Below, piece by piece: positions 58,352-64,000 of a stretch of 64,000 bases of DNA. The notes beneath the pieces were generated by a model. That model worked only from the letters and a program-made list of their open reading frames with translations. It was not told the DNA's origin and did not search any database. The number at the start of each line of letters is the position of its first letter. Positions within the stretch are counted from its first letter, which is position 1. This DNA is from Acidobacteriota bacterium. GTDB lineage: Bacteria; Acidobacteriota; Blastocatellia; Pyrinomonadales; Pyrinomonadaceae. The translations under genes and the position numbers were made by a program. Location: NCBI GenBank assembly GCA_040005135.1, contig JBDTZO010000124.1, positions 5,121 to 69,120 on the forward strand, in the 5' to 3' direction.

Positions 58352-60586
58352 ATGTATACGTGCACCTCCGCAGTTCGGCGCTTTTCCCTGAAGCTGCCCA
58401 TAGTATCGGGATTTCCCGCTTTGTTACTGATCATTTTCGCTCTCTCGTCTGCGGCTTTTGCGGTCGGCGATGCGGCTGAGAATGCGCGTTGGCAGCGGCA
58501 TTCGGCGAACGTCTCGATCGTCCGAGACGATTGGGGTATCGCGCATGTGGCGGGCAAGACCGACTCGGACGCCGTGTTCGGTGCGATATATGCTCAGGCA
58601 GAGGACGATTTTAACCGGATCGAGGTCAATTATCTGAATTCCTTGGGACGCATGGCCGAGGCCGAGGGCGGCGGCGCGGTGTGGAACGATCTACGTCAGC
58701 GGATGTTCGTCGATTCGGACAAGCTCAAAACGGACTATGCCGCTTCGCCGGCGTGGCTGCAAAAGCTGATGACGGCGTGGGCTGACGGACTCAATTTCTA
58801 TCTTTCGACGCATCCCGCAACAAAGCCGCGTGTGCTGACGCACTTCGAGCCGTGGATGGCGCTCAGCTTTACCGAGGGCAGCATCGGCGGCGACATCGAG
58901 TCGATCAATTTGAAACAGCTAGCCGCTTTTTACGGCGGCGACCGCGCTGCGGCGGCGGTCGCGGACAATACGGCCTACGACCCTTTCAAGGAACCGACGG
59001 GATCGAACGGCATTGCGATCGCGCCGTCAAATACCAAAAACAAACACGCATTGCTCCTCATAAATCCGCATACATCGTTCTTTTTCCGCTCTGAGCTGCA
59101 GATGACGAGCCGCGAAGGGCTCAATGCTTACGGAGCCTCGACGTGGGGTCAATTCTTTATCTATCAGGGATTTAACGACAATTGCGCCTGGATGCACACG
59201 ACGAGTGCCGCCGACCGTATCGACGAATTTCTCGAAACCGTCGTTACAAAAGGTGGCCAGTCATTTTACAGTCACGGCGGTCGCGACATGCCTTTCACAA
59301 CGTCTGAGATCAAACTGAGCGTTCGAACGAAAGATGGATCGCAGGAGCGCACGTTTACGGTTTACCGCACGCCTCACGGTCCTGTCGTGCGTAAACTGGG
59401 CGACAAGTGGGTCACGGTCAGCCTGATGAACAAACCCGTCGATGCACTGGTCCAATCTTATTCGCGGACCAAGGCCCGGAATCTCGATGAATTTAAGTAC
59501 GTCATGCAGCGGCACGCCAATTCATCAAATAACACGATCTATGCCGACCGTGACGGCCACATAGCGTTTTTTCATGTGAATTACATGCCGCGGCGCGATC
59601 CGCGATTTGACTGGACCAAGCCCGTCGACGGTTCAGATCCGGCAACGGACTACAAGGGCCTACTCACATTCGAAGAGTCGCCAAACCTGATCGACCCGCG
59701 GAGCGGATGGCTGTATAACAGTAATAATTGGCCGTGGTCGAACGCCGGCCGGAGCAGTCTGCGGCAGGCCGATTATCCAAAATATGTCGACAACGGCGTC
59801 GAATCTGCCCGCGGCCTCCACGCGATCAAGGTGCTTGAGAACAAACGCGATTTCACGCTCGAAACTCTGCGGGCCGCCGCATATGACAGCTATCTGACGT
59901 GGTTCGACAAGCCGCTGCCGGCTCTCATAAAGGCGTGGGACTCCACTCCCGCCGCCAGTAAGTTGAAAACACGAACGTCGGAGCAGCTCGCGATGCTCAA
60001 GGCTTGGGACCACCGTTGGTCGGTCGATTCGGTGCCGACGTCGCTAGCCATTTTTTGGGGCGAGGATATGGTCCGCCGCATTGGTGCCGACGCCCAGCGT
60101 GCCGGACTCTCGGCAGAGGAATACATCGCGACGCGGTCGACGCCCGACCAAATGCTCCAGTCATTTGCTGCCGCCAGCGACCGGCTGACGGCCGATTTTG
60201 GCAAATGGCGGACGCCGTGGGGCGAGATCAACCGCTTTCAGCGGCTGAACGACGACATCGTCAATCCGTTCAGCGACGCCGCCCCGAGCATTCCGGTCGG
60301 ATTCACGTCGTCGATCTGGGGCTCGCTCGCGTCCTTCGGCGCCAGGCCATATAACGGCTCGAAACGTATTTACGGCACGAACGGAAACAGCTTTGTCGCC
60401 GTGGTCGAATTTGGACCTAAGATCCGCGCCCGCGCGATCACGGCCGGCGGCGAGAGCGGTGATCCTAATTCCAAACATTTTGACGATCAGGCGGAGCGGT
60501 ATGCGACCGGCAACCTCCGCGACGTCTATTTTTATCCGGCCCAGCTAGAGGGTCACACCGAACGCCAATACAGGCCGGGTGAATGA
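58352..60586 (+). CDS. Penicillin-acylase-family (S45) Ntn hydrolase
   Basis: Signal peptide, IVRDDWGIAHVAGKTD, the autoprocessing site PTG-SNGIAIAPS, and a size of about 745 aa. Confidence 0.88.
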   Translation: MYTCTSAVRRFSLKLPIVSGFPALLLIIFALSSAAFAVGDAAENARWQRHSANVSIVRDDWGIAHVAGKTDSDAVFGAIYAQAEDDFNRIEVNYLNSLGRMAEAEGGGAVWNDLRQRMFVDSDKLKTDYAASPAWLQKLMTAWADGLNFYLSTHPATKPRVLTHFEPWMALSFTEGSIGGDIESINLKQLAAFYGGDRAAAAVADNTAYDPFKEPTGSNGIAIAPSNTKNKHALLLINPHTSFFFRSELQMTSREGLNAYGASTWGQFFIYQGFNDNCAWMHTTSAADRIDEFLETVVTKGGQSFYSHGGRDMPFTTSEIKLSVRTKDGSQERTFTVYRTPHGPVVRKLGDKWVTVSLMNKPVDALVQSYSRTKARNLDEFKYVMQRHANSSNNTIYADRDGHIAFFHVNYMPRRDPRFDWTKPVDGSDPATDYKGLLTFEESPNLIDPRSGWLYNSNNWPWSNAGRSSLRQADYPKYVDNGVESARGLHAIKVLENKRDFTLETLRAAAYDSYLTWFDKPLPALIKAWDSTPAASKLKTRTSEQLAMLKAWDHRWSVDSVPTSLAIFWGEDMVRRIGADAQRAGLSAEEYIATRSTPDQMLQSFAAASDRLTADFGKWRTPWGEINRFQRLNDDIVNPFSDAAPSIPVGFTSSIWGSLASFGARPYNGSKRIYGTNGNSFVAVVEFGPKIRARAITAGGESGDPNSKHFDDQAERYATGNLRDVYFYPAQLEGHTERQYRPGE

Positions 60587-60698
60587 CGCTGATCTCCGGC
60601 GCAACTAAAGTCTGCAGATCGACGTGTTAGTGCAATTAATGTGTGCACGAAAACCGTGGTTGTGCAAGAATTTACTTCACACGTATGCGATCGGGGAA

Positions 60699-63074
60699 AT
60701 GGCGGATAACTTAAAAAAGGGAAAGGCTTTAGGCCATTACCGAATACTCGAAAAGATCGGGGCAGGCGGCATGGGCGACGTCTATTTGGCGCAGGACACG
60801 CGGCTGGATAGAAAGGTCGCGCTCAAGCTTCTGCCTGATCGGATCGCGGACGACGGCAAACGCCTTCTGCGGTTTGAACGAGAGGCCCGAGCGGCGTCCG
60901 CTCTCAACCATCCCAATATACTGACGGTCCACGAATTTGGCGACGCCAACGGCGTCCGGTTCATCGCGTCCGAGTACGTCCACGGCCGTACGCTGCGCGA
61001 GCGGACCGAGGCAGGCGCGATACGCCTGATCGAGGCGCTCGAGATCACGATCCAGATCGCATCGGCTCTGCAGGCTGCCCATCAGGCAGGGATAGTCCAC
61101 CGCGACATCAAGCCCGAAAATGTAATGCTCCGCGACGACGGCTATGTAAAGGTGCTCGATTTTGGCCTTGCAAAGGTCTTTGCGGGTCCTGCGATCTCAA
61201 GTCCGTCGGACCCTGACGACGCGACACTAGTGCAGCTTCACACACAGGCCGGAGCAGTGATGGGCACGGCCGCGTACATGTCGCCGGAACAAGCTCGCGG
61301 CAAGCCGATCGATGCTCGGACGGATATATTCAGCCTCGGCGTTGTCCTTTACGAGATCGTGACCCGGCGTCAGCCGTTCACGGGCGAAACGATCAACCAC
61401 ACGATCGTCGCCATTCTCGAGACTACGCCGCCGCCGATCACGATATTCGATCCGTCGGTCCCGCCCGAACTCGAACGGATACTCGCTCGCTCGCTCGCCA
61501 AAAAAACCTCGGACCGCTATCCATCTATCGTTCATATGCTTTCCGATCTGCGGGCACTGACGAAACGGCTGGAATTCGAGGCGGAGCTCGAACGGACGAT
61601 GCCGCCGAACAAGTCTGATTCGAGCACGCTGATGTTCAGCTCGGCGGCCGTCGCAAGAACGCCGCAGACGGATCTCGGCAATACGATCGCCGTGATGCCG
61701 TTCGTCAACATGAGCCGAAACGAGGATGGTGATTATTTCTCAGACGGACTGGCCGAAGAGTTGCTGAACGTTCTCTCAAAGATCCGCGGCTTGCGGGTCG
61801 CCGCCCGAACCTCTGCCTTTTCATTTAAGGGCAAACAGTCGACGATCGGCGAGATCGGACGCACGCTGAATGTCGGGTCGGTGCTCGAGGGCAGTATTCG
61901 GATGGCCGGCAAACGCGTTCGGATCGCGGTACAGCTCGTAAATGTCGAGGACGGTTATCATCTGTGGTCCGAAACCTACGATCGCGTGATGGACGACATC
62001 TTCGCCGTTCAGGACGATATTGCGCAATCGGTTGTCGAAGAACTGCGGTCGCGGCTGATCGGCGAATCGCTCAGCCCAAATGACGCAGATCAGGTTGTTT
62101 CCGAAATTGCCGCCGCCGTCCGCGGACGAGCCGACGACCCTGAGGCACAGCGTCTGATGCTGCTCGGCCGTTACTTTTTAGATCGCCTGACGCGCGAGGA
62201 CACGGCAAAAGCGATCACCTATTTTGAACGGGCGCTCGAGATCGATCCGGGCTACGCACTGTGCTGGACTGAGTTAGGAAGAGCCTATTCGATCGAGGCG
62301 GGCCGAGCGTGGATACCGGTCGCGAAAGGCTTTGAGCTTGCGCGTGACGCCGCCAAGCGAGCACTCGAGCTTGAGCCGGATCTGGCCGAGGCATATTCGC
62401 TGCTCGCACGGATCCAGGCGACCTACGAGCTCGATCTCGCCGGAGCCGAGGCCTCAAATCGGCGGGCACTTGAGCTTGCTCCTGGCAGTTCCGGTGTTCT
62501 CGACGTCGCCAGCGTGCTCGCATACAAACTCGGACATGCCGACGAAGCTTTGGACCTCGGTCGCCGCGTCCTTTTGCAGGACCCGCTGAGCCCCGCGTTT
62601 TGGCATAATCTCGGGCTGACGTGTCACGCCGCGGGACTGCTGGCCGAATCTGAGGCCGCATTTCGCCGTGCGCTTGAGCTCGTCCCGCAGCGGATCGTCT
62701 CAGGCGCCTTGCTTGGACTGGTTTTGTTGGATGACGGGCGGACCGAAGATGCTCTGACGCAGGCAATGCTCGAGCCGGACGAATTTTGGCGGCTTTGGTG
62801 CCTCGCGATCATCTATCACTCGGCGGGCCGAACCGCGGAATCGGACGACGCGTTAAAGCAGTTGACCGAACGACATGCGGCCGGAAACGATTATCAGATC
62901 GCTGAGGTGTATTCGATGCGCGGCGAGACGGACGAGGCTTTCAAATGGCTGGGGCGAGCTCTCGCCGACCGAGATGCAGGCATCACCCACGCCAAGGTCA
63001 ATCCGCGCTTTCGGCCGATTCACGGCGATCCACGCTGGACCCGGCTGGTAAAGGATATCGGTTTCCAGACGTGA
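60699..63074 (+). CDS. Ser/Thr protein kinase with TolB-N-like and TPR C-terminal modules
   Basis: GAGGMGDVYLAQD, HRDIKPENVML, DFGLAK and SPEQ, then AVMPFVNMSRNEDGDYFSDGLAEELL and TPR repeats. The start is derived from the track frame (MADNLKKG). Confidence 0.9.
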   Translation: MADNLKKGKALGHYRILEKIGAGGMGDVYLAQDTRLDRKVALKLLPDRIADDGKRLLRFEREARAASALNHPNILTVHEFGDANGVRFIASEYVHGRTLRERTEAGAIRLIEALEITIQIASALQAAHQAGIVHRDIKPENVMLRDDGYVKVLDFGLAKVFAGPAISSPSDPDDATLVQLHTQAGAVMGTAAYMSPEQARGKPIDARTDIFSLGVVLYEIVTRRQPFTGETINHTIVAILETTPPPITIFDPSVPPELERILARSLAKKTSDRYPSIVHMLSDLRALTKRLEFEAELERTMPPNKSDSSTLMFSSAAVARTPQTDLGNTIAVMPFVNMSRNEDGDYFSDGLAEELLNVLSKIRGLRVAARTSAFSFKGKQSTIGEIGRTLNVGSVLEGSIRMAGKRVRIAVQLVNVEDGYHLWSETYDRVMDDIFAVQDDIAQSVVEELRSRLIGESLSPNDADQVVSEIAAAVRGRADDPEAQRLMLLGRYFLDRLTREDTAKAITYFERALEIDPGYALCWTELGRAYSIEAGRAWIPVAKGFELARDAAKRALELEPDLAEAYSLLARIQATYELDLAGAEASNRRALELAPGSSGVLDVASVLAYKLGHADEALDLGRRVLLQDPLSPAFWHNLGLTCHAAGLLAESEAAFRRALELVPQRIVSGALLGLVLLDDGRTEDALTQAMLEPDEFWRLWCLAIIYHSAGRTAESDDALKQLTERHAAGNDYQIAEVYSMRGETDEAFKWLGRALADRDAGITHAKVNPRFRPIHGDPRWTRLVKDIGFQT

Positions 63075-63092
63075 TCCGCCCGGCTGCTCTGA

Positions 63093-63251
63093 CTATGCCC
63101 GCGTGCCCGGTTCCTGGATTGCGTCTGTTCCGGGCTCCTGGATAGCGTCCGTTCCCGGCTCTTGAATAGCTTCTGCTGCCGGTCTTCGCGGTTCTTGCAT
63201 CTTCCGTGTTCCGGGATCCTGAATGTCTTCGTCCTCGTTATCTTTCTGCAT
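63093..63251 (-). CDS. Acidic repeat micro-protein (52 aa, (DAIQEPGT)n), hypothetical
   Basis: The ATG at 63251 is preceded by AGGAG at a 9 nt spacing. The protein is MQKDNEDEDIQDPGTRKMQEPRRPAAEAIQEPGTDAIQEPGTDAIQEPGTRA. The track's alternative TTG start is at 63287. Confidence 0.4.
   Translation of the reverse strand: MQKDNEDEDIQDPGTRKMQEPRRPAAEAIQEPGTDAIQEPGTDAIQEPGTRA
63103..63174. repeat. 24-bp imperfect tandem repeat x3, with one or two degenerate copies extending to about 63230
   Basis: GTGCCCGGTTCCTGGATTGCGTCT / GTTCCGGGCTCCTGGATAGCGTCC / GTTCCCGGCTCTTGAATAGCTTCT. Confidence 0.85.
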
Positions 63252-63348
63252 TTCTTTTAACTCCTGACGATAATTTTCACGGCGCAAACGGGTGCCTCAC
63301 TGTTGTCGTTCTCAACGACGCTTATATCTTGACTCGTTTGTTCAAACT

Positions 63349-63377
63349 ACTTTAATCGCGGGATCGACCCAAGTCAA
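63349..63377 (-). promoter_or_regulatory. Sigma70-like promoter candidate for the repeat micro-ORF
   Basis: On the minus strand: TTGACT (63377-72), a 17 nt spacer, then TAAAGT (63354-49). It lies between the lepA stop and the micro-ORF. Confidence 0.3.
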
Positions 63378-63414
63378 CACCTTTTTTCGGGGTCCGAGCG
63401 GGACATTATTGCCC

Positions 63415-64000
63415 CTAGCTCTCGTTCACCTTGAGCACGGCGAGGAAGGCTTCTTGCGGGATCTCAACGCGGCCGACTTTTTTCATACGCTTTTTGCCCT
63501 CTTTTTGCTTTTCGAGCAGCTTGCGCTTACGTGAAATGTCGCCGCCGTAGCATTTGGCGATGACGTTCTTGCCCATTGCCTTGACGGTCTCACGGGCGAT
63601 CACCTTGTTGCCGATGGCCGCCTGGATAGCGACCTCGAACATCTGCCGCGGTATCAATTCCTTCATTTTCGCGGTCAATAGCCGTCCCTTTACTGTTGCC
63701 GTGTCGGCGTGCAGGATGAGCGAAAGAGCATCGACCGGCTCGCCTGAGACGAGGACGTCTAACTTAACGAGCTTGCTCTCGCGATAGCCCGAGACGTGAT
63801 AGTCGAGCGACGCATAGCCCTTGGAAACGCTCTTGAGCCGGTCGTAAAAATCGAGCACGATCTCGTTGAGCGGAAGATCGTATACGAGCATCACACGGTC
63901 GGTCGTGATGTATTCGAACTTTTTCTGTGAGCCGCGTTTCTCTTCGAGAAGCGGCAGGATACCGCCGAGGTACGCATCGTTGGTAAGGATCGTCGCCTCG
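63415..64000 (-). CDS. lepA: Elongation factor 4 (LepA), C-terminal part; the gene continues beyond the right edge
   Basis: The LepA C-terminal domain is [16 protein letters not shown]...[58 protein letters not shown]. The frame stays open upstream of the track's start to position 64000. Confidence 0.93.
   Translation of the reverse strand, partial: EATILTNDAYLGGILPLLEEKRGSQKKFEYITTDRVMLVYDLPLNEIVLDFYDRLKSVSKGYASLDYHVSGYRESKLVKLDVLVSGEPVDALSLILHADTATVKGRLLTAKMKELIPRQMFEVAIQAAIGNKVIARETVKAMGKNVIAKCYGGDISRKRKLLEKQKEGKKRMKKVGRVEIPQEAFLAVLKVNES

Noticed and set aside
60657-60725. An apparent frame inconsistency in my manual reading of the kinase 5-prime end: one T too many near 60660 and one A too few near 60715.
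   Set aside because: The supplied ORF track shows a continuous ORF from 60624 to 63074. Downstream codon positions such as the Met codon at 60771 agree with the track. I attribute the discrepancy to my own miscount of homopolymer runs and use track-derived coordinates.

Overview
This is a dense, mostly housekeeping bacterial chromosome segment with about 70 protein genes. I recognised no rRNA, tRNA, CRISPR array, transposase or integrase. The gene content suggests Acidobacteriota: tandem secreted VWA proteins of the acidobacterial type, a Ser/Thr kinase with TolB-like and TPR modules, DUF1800, and many secreted hypotheticals. That taxonomic call is inference only. Recognisable blocks, left to right: xth (partial) and an orphan beta-class DNA methyltransferase; a truncated ATP synthase operon (b', b, delta, alpha, gamma only); VanZ and an SPFH/zinc-ribbon protein; Trm112-like plus a GT9 heptosyltransferase; a BON protein; ffh-rpsP-KH-rimM-trmD-rplS-rnhB; a minus-strand string of MBL hydrolase, SDR, HExxH membrane protein, GNAT, pdxH and DUF1015; pterin dehydratase; monomeric icd; purE and purK split by a small gene; crcB; an operon of GAF/fRMsr, TerC, FecR-like protein, CDF transporter and a LarA-like protein; DUF1800; wzm-wzt-methyltransferase-GT4; rhomboid; a DAACS transporter; an S41 peptidase; a GlcD-like oxidase; two VWA paralogs; PMM/PGM; an esterase; a low-GC four-gene module; dedA; a roughly 690 bp non-coding or decayed gap; a co-directional cluster of secreted proteins with a penicillin-acylase-family gene and a Ser/Thr kinase; and lepA (partial). 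The most interesting items are: (1) a secreted protein whose mature N-terminus and cysteine pattern look like the inhibitory N-domain of animal TIMPs; (2) a candidate small RNA with a GGA-rich heptad repeat and its own terminator next to dedA; (3) a compositionally distinct membrane/methyltransferase/DUF2071/DoxX module; (4) a frameshifted, truncated MbtH-like remnant; and (5) a promoter- and SD-equipped micro-ORF built from 24-bp tandem repeats. All sub-ORF coordinates such as motifs, hairpins and alternative starts were read by hand and may be off by a base or two.
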